From: Thermoplasmata archaeon
GTDB lineage: Archaea > Thermoplasmatota > Thermoplasmata > Lutacidiplasmatales > UBA184
Reading direction: 5' to 3'
Assembly (NCBI GenBank): GCA_022750375.1
Contig: JAKIVU010000004.1
Location: 25,076-89,075 of the forward strand
Length of the DNA stretch: 64,000 bases
The position numbers were made by a program, and so were the translations under genes. Of the stretch, positions 48,383 to 57,450 are shown in pieces. A model generated the notes under the pieces. That model did no database searches. It was not told where the DNA came from and saw only the letters and a program-made list of their open reading frames with translations. Every line of letters starts with the position of its first letter. Position 1 is the first letter of the stretch.

Positions 48383-49231
48383 GTGGGCCCCGGCTCACGT
48401 TCGACCGTGCGGACCGTGGCCCCGACCAGGGGAGTGACTACCGCGCCCAAGGATTCCAAGGAGACGAAGAAGGACGAGGCGGCGCCGGCCGCGGACGCCG
48501 GGGCGGAGCCCTCGACCGAGAAGTCCTCGAAGAAGGAGAAGGGCGGCAAGGGCAAGGACTCCAAGGACGGCAAAGACGCGAAAGAGGGCGGGAAGAAGGG
48601 AAAGACCGCTCCGGGGACTTCCGGCAAGGCCGCGAAGTACGTCCCCGACAATCCCAATTTCCGCTACATCGTCCGAGTCTCGGGCTCGGACCTCGACGGT
48701 ACTCGCGCGACCGCCCTCGCCCTCACGGGCGTGCGCGGCGTCGGTCTACGACTCGCCGAGGTCGCCTGCCAGCTCGCGAGCGTGAAGGCGAGCGAGCGCA
48801 TCGGCAATCTCACCGAGCCGACGGTCGAAGCGATCGAAGCGACCCTCAGTTCGCTGCCGTCCAAGGTCCCCGAGTGGATGGTCAACCATCGGCACGAGCC
48901 GATACTGGGAGAGACGCTCCACTACGTCGGCCCCGACCTCGAAACGCGGCGGCGGGACGACGTGAACCAGATGAAGATGATTCGAAGTTACCGCGGAGTC
49001 CGCCACGAGCGCGGGCAGAAGGTCCGCGGTCAGCACACCCGCTCCAACGGACGCACCGGCATGGCGGCGGGAGTCCTCAAGAAGGCCGCGAAGGAAGCCG
49101 CGGCCGCGTCGGGCAAGGAAGAGTCCGCACCGGCCGCAGCGACACCGGCGCCCTCCGCGGCGAAGTCGGCGACCACCGCCGCGAAGGCGGCCGCACCGGC
49201 GGCCAAGCCGGCGGCGACGAAGAAGGAGTGA
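48383..49231 (+). CDS. rps13: 30S ribosomal protein S13 with long Lys/Ala-rich N- and C-terminal extensions
   Basis: The S13 core FRYIVRVSGSDLDG...SYRGVRHERGQKVRGQHTRSNGRTG spans residues about 93-231. There is no ATG upstream, and several in-frame GTGs (48383, 48409, 48418, 48436), so the exact start is uncertain. Confidence 0.85.
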   Translation: MGPGSRSTVRTVAPTRGVTTAPKDSKETKKDEAAPAADAGAEPSTEKSSKKEKGGKGKDSKDGKDAKEGGKKGKTAPGTSGKAAKYVPDNPNFRYIVRVSGSDLDGTRATALALTGVRGVGLRLAEVACQLASVKASERIGNLTEPTVEAIEATLSSLPSKVPEWMVNHRHEPILGETLHYVGPDLETRRRDDVNQMKMIRSYRGVRHERGQKVRGQHTRSNGRTGMAAGVLKKAAKEAAAASGKEESAPAAATPAPSAAKSATTAAKAAAPAAKPAATKKE

Positions 49232-49238
49232 GGTCACG

Positions 49239-49832
49239 ATGGGCGATCCAAAATTCCTGCGGCGTACCTACGACACACCGAAGCACCCGTGGGAGGCGAC
49301 ACGGATGGCTGAGGAGCGCAAGCTGCTCGACAAGTACGGGCTCAAGAACAAGCGGGAACTCTGGAAGGCTCAGTCGATCCTCCGTAGGATCCGCGGTCAG
49401 GCGCGCGAGCTGCAAGCGCGCGTGCGGACCGGGGAGGGACAGGCCGAGCAGGAGACCGCCCTGCTGCTCGCCCGCCTCGCACGCCAGGGGATCCTCGGCG
49501 TCGGTACGCCGACGCTCGACGACGTGCTCGCGCTCACTACGGAAGACGTGCTTCGCCGGCGTTTCGAGACCGTCGTCTTCGGCCGGGGCCTCGCCCCGAC
49601 CGCGGAGAGCGCCCGGAAATGGATCGTTCACGGTCACTTCACGATGGGGGACCACCGCGTGACACGCCCCGGCTACCTCGTCCGCCTCGACGAGGAGGGG
49701 CAGATCGCCTACTCGAGCAACAGTCCGTTCTCGAATGACGACCACCCGATGCGCGTCGCGCTCCGGGAGCGGCTCACCGCGAAATCGGTTCCGCCCGAAG
49801 CCCCGCCCGTGCCCACCGAGGGAGGGTCGTAA
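49239..49832 (+). CDS. rps4: 30S ribosomal protein S4
   Basis: MGDPKFLRRTYDTPKHPW...KNKRELW. S4 RNA-binding domain RRRFETVVF...VHGHFTMGDHRVTRPGYLV. Confidence 0.95.
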   Translation: MGDPKFLRRTYDTPKHPWEATRMAEERKLLDKYGLKNKRELWKAQSILRRIRGQARELQARVRTGEGQAEQETALLLARLARQGILGVGTPTLDDVLALTTEDVLRRRFETVVFGRGLAPTAESARKWIVHGHFTMGDHRVTRPGYLVRLDEEGQIAYSSNSPFSNDDHPMRVALRERLTAKSVPPEAPPVPTEGGS

Positions 49833-49835
49833 CGC

Positions 49836-50219
49836 ATGGCGAAGATCGGCATCGCGCACATCTTCGCGAGCTACAACAACATTCACATCACCGTGACCGA
49901 CGTCACGGGAGCCGAGACCCTCGCGAAGGCGACCGGTGGAATGGTCGTCAAGGCCGCGCGCGATGAGTCGAGTCCCTACGCGGCGATGAAAGCGGCCGAC
50001 CAGGTCGCGGCGGCGATCAAGGAGAAAGGGTACGACACGCTTCACGTTCGCGTCCGTGCCCCCGGCGGTAACCGCTCCCGGTCCCCTGGTCCGGGCGCCC
50101 AGGCGGCGATTCGCGCGCTCGCTCGCGCGGGCGTGAAGATCCAGCGAATCGAGGACGTCACCCCGGTTCCGCACGACGGGACGAAGCCGAAAGGGGGCCG
50201 TCGCGGACGGCGGGTGTAG
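49836..50219 (+). CDS. rps11: 30S ribosomal protein S11
   Basis: [18 protein letters not shown]...[26 protein letters not shown]. Confidence 0.95.
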   Translation: MAKIGIAHIFASYNNIHITVTDVTGAETLAKATGGMVVKAARDESSPYAAMKAADQVAAAIKEKGYDTLHVRVRAPGGNRSRSPGPGAQAAIRALARAGVKIQRIEDVTPVPHDGTKPKGGRRGRRV

Positions 50220-50223
50220 GTCC

Positions 50224-51069
50224 ATGTCGGTCACGATCCAGGAGCTCAAACCCCGGTCGACCGTCCTCGAGTTCGACGGGGCCACCGCGTCGCAGATCAA
50301 CGCGATCCGCCGCACGCTGCTCGCGGACGTTCCGAAGCTCGCGATCGAGGACGTGGAGTTCCACCTCGGCCCGATCCGGGACGAGGCGAGCGGGAAGGAC
50401 TACGACTCCTCGACCAGCATGTTCGACGAGGCGGTCGCCCTCCGTCTCGGACTCTTGCCGATCCCCACCGACCTCGGGGAGTTCCGCCGGAAGTCGGAGT
50501 GTACCTGCGGCGGGGTCGGGTGCGTCCACTGCCAGGTCATGTACTCCGTGGACCGGAAAGGACCGTGCACGGTGTATGCGAAGGACGTCGTGCCGCTCGG
50601 CGACGCTTCCCTCGCGATCCTCGAGCCCGACGTGCCGATCGTTCGACTCGGGGCCCGTCAGGCGCTGCTCGCCTACGCGACCGCGGTCGTGGGGACGGCC
50701 CGGGAGCATGCGAAGTGGCAGGTCGCGCACGCGGTGGGCATGTTCCCCCGACCGCACGTCCGGATTTCGAAGAAGGAGGGCTGCTCGGACGCCTGCCTCA
50801 AGCGCACCGCGGCGTCCTGCCCGGTGAACATCCTCGAATTCGGCAACGGAAAGCTCACCGTCACGGACGAGACGAAGTGCATCTACTGCGGGGCGTGCGA
50901 AAAGACGTGCGAGCACGGCTCGATCAAGATCGAGGCGGACACCGAGAAGTTCTTCCTTCGCTTCGAGACCGACGGTTCCCTCGCTCCGCGCGAGGCGCTC
51001 CGCTTCACGCTGAAGGAACTCAAGCGCCGGTTCGAGGACCTGCGCGAGGCCGTTCAGTCGATCCCGTAG
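50224..51069 (+). CDS. rpoD: DNA-directed RNA polymerase subunit D (Rpo3) with ferredoxin-like Cys clusters
   Basis: N-terminal FDGATASQINAIRRTLLADVPKLAIEDVEF. Cys clusters CPVNILEF...CIYCGACEKTC. Confidence 0.92.
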   Translation: MSVTIQELKPRSTVLEFDGATASQINAIRRTLLADVPKLAIEDVEFHLGPIRDEASGKDYDSSTSMFDEAVALRLGLLPIPTDLGEFRRKSECTCGGVGCVHCQVMYSVDRKGPCTVYAKDVVPLGDASLAILEPDVPIVRLGARQALLAYATAVVGTAREHAKWQVAHAVGMFPRPHVRISKKEGCSDACLKRTAASCPVNILEFGNGKLTVTDETKCIYCGACEKTCEHGSIKIEADTEKFFLRFETDGSLAPREALRFTLKELKRRFEDLREAVQSIP

Positions 51070-52129
51070 GGGTCACGCTGCTCGTCCAGTCGTAGCGCAG
51101 GATCGCCGCGACCCGACCGAGCGCCGCGAGTCGGTGGCCCGCCTCCCCGTCGTCCCGGACGACGAAGATCTTCACTCGCGCGGCACGGGCACGGTCCAAG
51201 GTCGACGCCAGGGCCGCGTCCGTAAGCAACGATTCTGAGACGAGCAACGTCTCCGGCGCCCCCGCGTCGACGGCCTCCGCCACCTCAGCGGGACCGACCG
51301 CCGTGCGGCGTCCCCCGGCCAGCGAGCGCACCAGGCGTTCGACGACCTCGGCCTCTTCGGCGGCGACGCTGCCGCGCAGCGCCTCGGTCGCCTTCCCCGA
51401 ACGCAGCAGCTCCTCGACGCCGACCCGGCCGGATTCCGCGGTCGCGTAGACCTTGAGCTTCCGCTTGAGGTCGGGGTGCTCCTCGGCGATGCGGTGCTGC
51501 AGTTCCTCTTTCAGGAATCCGGGACCGACGACGAGGACTGCGGTCGCGGTAGCTCCTTCGCGTTCGAGGATCGCCAGCAGCTCCTCGAGGTACACCTTAC
51601 GGTCTTTCTCGCTCTGACCGCCCTCGTACTGCTTTCCCGCGATCGTGCGACGCACCTCGGCGACGGCTTGGATCGCCCGCCCGCGGAGCCGTACGATCGC
51701 GGAGTCCCCCCAGTCGACCGCCGCGATGAGCAGGGTCGGGTCGTCCACCCCTTTCAACCCTTCCTCGAGGATGGTCCGGTCGGCGGCCGAAGGTCGGGGC
51801 TTGACGACGCTCACCTCCTCCCCTTCGCCGAGGTCGAGCGTGTGGTGGCGCCCGATGTCGAACGGGCCTTCCACGATCGGGCCTGTGACCCGAACGTGCT
51901 TGGTGAAGCCGTGGAACTCGACCTGTTCGGCCCGGACGGCGAGGAACACCCGCCGACGGCTCCGTTCCGCCCCCGCCACGTCCGGAGGAGCCTCGGGGTC
52001 GCGACGCGTGGTCGACGCCCCGACGATCTCTCCTGGGTGCAGAAATCGCGCGATCCTCCAGAGGTCGCTCGGCGTTTCAATCCGGAGCCGGTACAGCCCG
52101 GTCGTCGCGTCGTGGTGGATCTGGCGCAC
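51020..52129 (-). CDS. pelA: mRNA surveillance protein Pelota
   Basis: LYRLRIETPSDLWRIARFLHPGEIV N-terminus and eRF1-like central and C-terminal domains. The 3' tail overlaps rpoD by 50 nt. Confidence 0.9.
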   Translation of the reverse strand: MRQIHHDATTGLYRLRIETPSDLWRIARFLHPGEIVGASTTRRDPEAPPDVAGAERSRRRVFLAVRAEQVEFHGFTKHVRVTGPIVEGPFDIGRHHTLDLGEGEEVSVVKPRPSAADRTILEEGLKGVDDPTLLIAAVDWGDSAIVRLRGRAIQAVAEVRRTIAGKQYEGGQSEKDRKVYLEELLAILEREGATATAVLVVGPGFLKEELQHRIAEEHPDLKRKLKVYATAESGRVGVEELLRSGKATEALRGSVAAEEAEVVERLVRSLAGGRRTAVGPAEVAEAVDAGAPETLLVSESLLTDAALASTLDRARAARVKIFVVRDDGEAGHRLAALGRVAAILRYDWTSSVTPTGSTERPRAGPRTGA

Positions 52130-52356
52130 GATGGACTCCGCGGACCGGAAGGACGGTCGTCGACTACAAGCGCGTTTCGCCCGGACGGGGCGCCGACGCC
52201 CAGGGCGCGCGGCGCGGAAGGCTTATCGAGCTTTGCTCGGGTCGGGTTTTCGCGGGTGGGAGGAAGGACCTGAGTCGATATTCCGACCTGTTCCGACGTC
52301 CGTCGTTCACCGCGTTCCTTTCGGCCGGGGCGCTCCAGTTCGCGGCGCCGGCGTCG

Positions 52357-53595
52357 GTGCTCGTCGTCTTCCTCTACGCCGTCACGCTGGCGTACCCCGT
52401 CGGCGATCGGGTCGTCTACGGCGCCTACGCCCTCACGTTCCTCGGACTCTCCTCCGCGATCCCGACGTTCGTCGGGGCGTTCTTCTCGGGTGCTCTGGCC
52501 GACCGGTACGACCGCGGCCAACTCATGCGGGTCGTCAATCTCGTCTCCCTGCTGGGGGTTACCGCGGCCGCCGCCGACCTGATCCTTGCCCCGTCCGGCC
52601 ATATCTCGATCCCAGTGACCGCGGGCTTCTACCTCCCGATGTGGGTGGTCCTGTTGTATCCGTGCTGGGCCACCGTTGTGGTCAGCTCGACCTTATTCCG
52701 GCCGGCGTACAACTCCTCCATCCCCCGCATGGTCGAGACTCGGGACCTCGGCCGCGCGAACGGGCTCATCTACGCGACCGCCGCGGTCGTTGGCGCGGCC
52801 GCCGCGCTCGGCGTCGGGCTGATCCTGACTTACGCTCCGGACGCCTATGCCCTCGGACTCTCCTTCGTACTCTTCTTCGGGACCCAGGTCATCCTCCTCC
52901 TCGTCGAGGTCGACCTCTCGGTGCCGCCGTCCCCGACGAAGCGGACGATCGCCAAGGACGCGGTCGACGGGTTCGTCTACCTCGGACACCGACGAGAGCT
53001 GCTCCAGATCACGATCGCGACGCTGATCATCAACTTCCTGTCGGCGCTCGCGCTGGTCGAACTCGGTCTCTACGTCGGGAGCTGGCTGGGCCTCTCCCAG
53101 GGGATCTGGTACGGGGCGATGATCACCGCCTCGACCCTCGGGGTCGCGGTCGGCTTCGCGTTGATCTCCCGATTCCACTTTGAACCGCACGCCGGGCGGG
53201 CGATCATCCTGCTGACGATCGCGATGGGCGCCTCCCTCTTCGCGCTCGGACTCGTGCATTCGATCTGGCTCGCGCTGCCGGTGATCTTCGTCTACGGGAT
53301 GATGCCGGGAATGATCATGACGGTCTTCCTCTCCACGGTGCAGGCGACCGTGCCCGACGCGATGATGGGGCGAGTCTTCTCCGCCGACGAGGTCGGGAGC
53401 TACGCGCTCGTGCCGTTCGGCCAGACGGCGGGCGGCCTGCTCACGAGCGCCGTAGGGGTCCAGGGGACGTACCTTTCGGCCGGGGGAGCGATCGTCGTCT
53501 TCGGCTTCCTCATGATCGCGTCGTTCGGTGCGCTCCGGCGCCTCGGCTTCCATCCGCGGGAGGAGGAGCCGCCCGCGGCCGGGGCCGCGTTCTAA
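52357..53595 (+). CDS. MFS transporter (true start probably upstream of the annotated GTG)
   Basis: About 11-12 TM helices and loop motif GALADRYDRG. The in-frame upstream sequence SRYSDLFRRPSFTAFLSAGALQFAAPAS looks like the missing first helix, but contains no ATG/GTG/TTG. Confidence 0.75.
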   Translation: MLVVFLYAVTLAYPVGDRVVYGAYALTFLGLSSAIPTFVGAFFSGALADRYDRGQLMRVVNLVSLLGVTAAAADLILAPSGHISIPVTAGFYLPMWVVLLYPCWATVVVSSTLFRPAYNSSIPRMVETRDLGRANGLIYATAAVVGAAAALGVGLILTYAPDAYALGLSFVLFFGTQVILLLVEVDLSVPPSPTKRTIAKDAVDGFVYLGHRRELLQITIATLIINFLSALALVELGLYVGSWLGLSQGIWYGAMITASTLGVAVGFALISRFHFEPHAGRAIILLTIAMGASLFALGLVHSIWLALPVIFVYGMMPGMIMTVFLSTVQATVPDAMMGRVFSADEVGSYALVPFGQTAGGLLTSAVGVQGTYLSAGGAIVVFGFLMIASFGALRRLGFHPREEEPPAAGAAF

Positions 53596-54533
53596 TCGCG
53601 GCCGACGGGGACCTGGATCCGCTCGGTAGAGTACCAGCCGTGCGACGGACCCAGGCTCCGGACGAACCCGAGGCGTTGATAGAGCCGAAACGCCCGCGAG
53701 TTGCCGTCGGTCACGTTGAGGGCGATCACCGTCTCCTCTCGCTCCCGCAACGCGCGCACGGTCGACCCGAGGACCGCGCGCCCGAGACCACGGCCCTGGC
53801 TCTCGGGGTCCGTCATCACGTCCGCGATCAAGGCACCGTACGGCGCTCGCACCACGAGCGTGGCCGACTCGAGCCGGCCGTTCGTCTCGAGGACGAAAGA
53901 CGCCCACGGGAGGAACTCGCCCCATCGGCCGGTCACGATGTCGCGGATCTGCAGTTCTGCGTCACGGACCGGATCCAGGTCGGCGAGGAAGAGATACCGG
54001 TCCAGGCTCTCCCGGTAAGCGAGCGCGTGCAATCGGACCAGTTCCGCCTCGTCGTCGCCACGGACCGTCCGGAGCCCCGCGCTCGGTGCAACGGCCGGGG
54101 ACGCGGTGTCGGGCGGGAAGCGCATCTCCGACCGCGTAAAACGCGCGAAGCCGAGTTCCCGCATCACCCGCTCCTCTTCCGCGGGCGCGAGGCCGACGAG
54201 GAGGCCGGGGGCCAGGGCGACGGGACCGAACGCGGAGGCGATCTCCGAGTAGAACTCCCGATAGGCGTCGGCAGTCTGCCGCCCGTCGACCAGATAGAGG
54301 ACCTCCACCGTCAGTCCGATCGCGGACGGTGGACTCCAGAGCGCGATCCCGTCCGCCTCCTCCCCTCGCGATCGAAGCACTCCCATCGCGGTACCGCTCG
54401 TCACATCCCGTTCGATGGCAGAGAGGAATCGGCCCGACTCCTCCTCGGATTCGTTCCGGGCGAAGATCGCCTTCCGCGTGAGCGTGCGGGCGGTCTCGGG
54501 GTCTTCGGCAATCGGTCGAAGCGTCGTCACCAC
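53592..54533 (-). CDS. GNAT-family N-acetyltransferase (two-lobed)
   Basis: Acetyl-CoA motif QGRGLGRAVL...NSRAFRLYQRLGF. The track ORF extends antisense over the next gene, so I chose the GTG at 54533. Start uncertain. Confidence 0.7.
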   Translation of the reverse strand: MVTTLRPIAEDPETARTLTRKAIFARNESEEESGRFLSAIERDVTSGTAMGVLRSRGEEADGIALWSPPSAIGLTVEVLYLVDGRQTADAYREFYSEIASAFGPVALAPGLLVGLAPAEEERVMRELGFARFTRSEMRFPPDTASPAVAPSAGLRTVRGDDEAELVRLHALAYRESLDRYLFLADLDPVRDAELQIRDIVTGRWGEFLPWASFVLETNGRLESATLVVRAPYGALIADVMTDPESQGRGLGRAVLGSTVRALREREETVIALNVTDGNSRAFRLYQRLGFVRSLGPSHGWYSTERIQVPVGRD

Positions 54534-54605
54534 CGAATGCCAGCCGGCGCGGAGTTCATCACCCTGCCGCTCCGCCGCCCTCAGGCGAAACCTAGTTAGC
54601 TCGGA

Positions 54606-55280
54606 ATGGATGCCCCGGTCATGTCCGGAGCCGTCCGCCCGATCGACCTCCTCCTCCGAGAACGCCACCTGCTGAAGCACCCGTTCTATCTCGCATGGAC
54701 GCGCGGGGATCTGCCGCTCGACACCCTCCGTTCCTACGCGGGGCAATACTATCACTTCGAATCGAACTTCCCCCGGTACGTCGCCGCCGCGTATGCGCAG
54801 CTCCGCGACCCGGCCGCCCGCCGCGTCCTTCTCGAGAACCTGATCGACGAGGAGGGCCGCACCCCGACCCATCCCGAACTCTGGCTCGATTTTGCCGAGG
54901 GCCTCGGAGTCTCTCGCCGAGCGGCGCGTACAGCGCGACCGACGCCCGCGACCCGCGGGCTCCTCTCGACCTACGAACGGCTGACGAGCCAGGGACCCGC
55001 CAGCGCCCTCGCTGCCCTCTACTCCTACGAGTCGATCTTCCCCGAGATTGCGGCGGAGAAGTCCCGCGGGATCCGTGCGATGTACGGCATTCGCGACCCG
55101 AAGGCGCACGAGTTCTTCCGCGTGCACACGGGAGCGGACGTGGAACATTCGAAAGCCGAGCGCGGCCTCCTCGAGTCGGAGCTTCGGCATTCTCCGGTCG
55201 CTCGCGGCGCGGCCCTCCGCTCCGCGAAGGGAGCGATCAACGCGTGGTGGTCGTTCCTCGACGGCTTCCCCTGCGTTTAG
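54606..55280 (+). CDS. heme-oxygenase-fold iron-containing redox enzyme family protein (CADD/PqqC/TenA-like)
   Basis: HPFYLAWTRGDLPLDTLRSYAGQYYHFESNFPRYV, EEGRTPTHPELWLDFAEGLG and ESIFPEI...HTGADVEH patterns. Confidence 0.7.
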   Translation: MDAPVMSGAVRPIDLLLRERHLLKHPFYLAWTRGDLPLDTLRSYAGQYYHFESNFPRYVAAAYAQLRDPAARRVLLENLIDEEGRTPTHPELWLDFAEGLGVSRRAARTARPTPATRGLLSTYERLTSQGPASALAALYSYESIFPEIAAEKSRGIRAMYGIRDPKAHEFFRVHTGADVEHSKAERGLLESELRHSPVARGAALRSAKGAINAWWSFLDGFPCV

Positions 55281-55370
55281 GACGCCGTCGATAGTCGCGG
55301 AACCCACGACCGCCACGGTTTGCTGCGCCTACCGACAGGAGGAATACCCTCGGCTTTCCTCGAGATTGCC

Positions 55371-55661
55371 ATGGCGCTCTTCGTAGCAGAACACCGACAT
55401 CCCGCCGACCGTTGCCCTGCCGGGAACCCCCAGATGGCCCCGTTCCTTCTCCAGATCCTCTCCGATGAGAACGCCTCGAAGGCGGGCTTGAAGCTCCACG
55501 GCGACGCTGTGGCGAAGGGCCAACACCACCTCTTCGTGATCATCGAGGGACCGAGCGAGACGGCCGTCCGCCAGTACCTCGGTCCGTTCGCCCAGGCCGG
55601 ATCGCTCGACGTCATTCCCGCCTCGACCTGCGAGGAGGTCGTCGACCGCGGCGCTTGCTGA
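55371..55661 (+). CDS. small hypothetical protein
   Basis: ATG at 55371; 96 aa (MALFVAEHRHPADRCPAGNPQ...). Balanced composition. No family confidently recognised. Confidence 0.5.
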   Translation: MALFVAEHRHPADRCPAGNPQMAPFLLQILSDENASKAGLKLHGDAVAKGQHHLFVIIEGPSETAVRQYLGPFAQAGSLDVIPASTCEEVVDRGAC

Positions 55662-55808
55662 CGGCCGAGGCGGACCTCCTCTCCGTGCCGCCGACCCGAC
55701 GGTGAAGGCCTGGACCTCGACGGCCGAGGAGGGCGCATTTGCGCTCCGGGCAAGGACGCCGGGCGAGCGGAAGACGGTTATTCCACTTCCAACATAACTT
55801 TGGACGTC

Positions 55809-57329
55809 ATGGGCGCTTCGCTACCGATTCCGCGGGAGTTGCGAGACTTCCTCAATCTGCCCGGCCCGCAATCGATGCTGCTGCGGGGGCCGCCCGGGTC
55901 GGGCAAGACGAGCCTCTCGCTCGCCCTCCTCCAGTCGTTCTCGGGCACGCGTTGTTACGTGACGAATCGTGTGCCCGAAGATGACGTCCTGATGGCGTTC
56001 CCCTGGCTCGGCGACAACGGCAGCCACGGGATCCAGATGCTGGACAACACGAAGTCGGAGGGGGTCGCGCAGGCCGCGCGGGCACTCCTCCGCGGGTCCC
56101 CGAACCTGGTGAGCGATGACCCGTCCGAGACCCGGGAACTCACCGAATTCCTCTGGCTGCCGGAGCCGCTGCAGCGGGCGTGGGGCCAGATCGACCCCAA
56201 GAAACCGTCGCTCATCGTCATCGACTCCTGGGACGCACTCGTCGAGTCGTACCTCGGCCGCCCCGACGGCGGAATCGATGTCAACCTGCCCACGCGCGAG
56301 GACATCGAGCGCTCCCTCCTCCGTCGTATGGGACATGCGCGGACCCACCTGCTCTTCGTCTTGGAGCGCGAGGAGCAGTCTCAGCTCGACTATCTGGTGA
56401 ACGGCGTGGGGGTCACGAGTCGCGAGGTCGTCGAGGGTCGGCTCGAACGTTGGCTCACGATCTACAAGCTCCGCGGTGTCCGGATCGAGAACCCCCTGTA
56501 TCCGTTCTCCCTGGAGTCCGCCCACTTCGAATGCATCGTGCCGCTCCGACCGTACGCGCAGCTGCGCGGCGGCCCGTTCAATCCGGAGCCCGACCGGCTC
56601 CCCGGAAGACTCTGGCCGGGTTCCGCAGCCTTCGCAGAGAGCTTCGGCCGCCTCCCGCTCGGAAAGTCGACGTTGGTCGAGGTGGAAAAGGAGGTCCCCA
56701 ACCACATCCCCCTCCTGCTCCTCGCCCCCACCCTGGCGAGCACGGTCGCTCGGAACGGGCGGGTGATCTTCGTTCCGGATGCGAGTACTCGCCCGGACGA
56801 CGTCTGGGAGGCGCTCCACGGCTCCGTCGAGCGGGACCGGTTCCTCTCGCACGTCCGATTCCTTCTCCCGCCCGCGGGACCGAACGAGGGAACCTCCGAG
56901 TTCGAGCCCACGATCGTGCGTCTCGGTCAGCCCACCGAGGGGATCGTCCCGGGTCCGAAGGACGACATCGGGATGGACCAGTTCCTACGGTCTGGATCGA
57001 CGGTGGAGTCCCCCGGGCTGTTCGTCGTGTTCTTGCAGGGACTCGTGGCGGCCGCGACGTCCCTCGGGATGGCCATCACTCCCGAAGTCGCGCAACGGCT
57101 CCCGGGCCAGATCCAGGCCGCGGTCCGCGGTTCGCCCATCCACGCGATCGCGGTAGGCTCCTCCCCCTCGCCGCTCTTGGACCCGCTCCGATCGACTGCG
57201 GCCCTGCGCCTGCATATCCGACAGGTGCAGGGGCGGGTGTTCCTCCACGCGTCGGACCCCTGGACGCCGTCGTTCGTGCTGACCGAGGGGACCGACACGT
57301 CGCCGTACGGCCTCCTCCGCATCGTGTAG
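55809..57329 (+). CDS. KaiC/RecA-superfamily double-domain ATPase (second domain without P-loop)
   Basis: Walker A GPPGSGKTS and Walker B-like SLIVIDSWD in the first half. The second half (from about GRLPLGKSTLVEVEKE) lacks GxxxxGK[ST]. ATG at 55809 preferred over TTG at 55800. Confidence 0.75.
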   Translation: MGASLPIPRELRDFLNLPGPQSMLLRGPPGSGKTSLSLALLQSFSGTRCYVTNRVPEDDVLMAFPWLGDNGSHGIQMLDNTKSEGVAQAARALLRGSPNLVSDDPSETRELTEFLWLPEPLQRAWGQIDPKKPSLIVIDSWDALVESYLGRPDGGIDVNLPTREDIERSLLRRMGHARTHLLFVLEREEQSQLDYLVNGVGVTSREVVEGRLERWLTIYKLRGVRIENPLYPFSLESAHFECIVPLRPYAQLRGGPFNPEPDRLPGRLWPGSAAFAESFGRLPLGKSTLVEVEKEVPNHIPLLLLAPTLASTVARNGRVIFVPDASTRPDDVWEALHGSVERDRFLSHVRFLLPPAGPNEGTSEFEPTIVRLGQPTEGIVPGPKDDIGMDQFLRSGSTVESPGLFVVFLQGLVAAATSLGMAITPEVAQRLPGQIQAAVRGSPIHAIAVGSSPSPLLDPLRSTAALRLHIRQVQGRVFLHASDPWTPSFVLTEGTDTSPYGLLRIV

Positions 57330-57450
57330 GCGGTCGGTGGCGCGGGACCGCCGAAAGGCGGCTAACTGGTCTCTCCAACGAGGCTATCTACCCGAAGCGA
57401 CCTCAATCCGGTAGAGTCCGTGGACCGGGCGAGGCCGCGGGCACTCGCGG

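Noticed and set aside
48460-48610. Repetitive-looking AAG/GGC/GAC-rich DNA (also 49076-49228 and 27400-27480) that could be mistaken for tandem repeats or a degenerate array.
   Set aside because: It is in-frame low-complexity coding sequence (the Lys/Gly/Asp/Ala tails of S13 and topoisomerase). There is no fixed repeat unit or spacer structure, so it is not CRISPR-like.
55320-55370. N-terminal extension of the small ORF (track start 55320), and similar track extensions at 5524-5961, 14501-14788, 19712-20422, 23580-24149 and 26438-26731.
   Set aside because: The extensions overlap upstream genes or are compositionally shadow-like. Internal ATG/GTG starts give family-typical N-termini and ATGA/GTGA coupling.
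57350-57363. A CCGCC-GAAA-GGCGG hairpin after the KaiC-like gene, considered as a possible terminator.
   Set aside because: It has a 5-bp stem only and no following T-run. Archaeal termination relies on oligo-T tracts, which are absent here.
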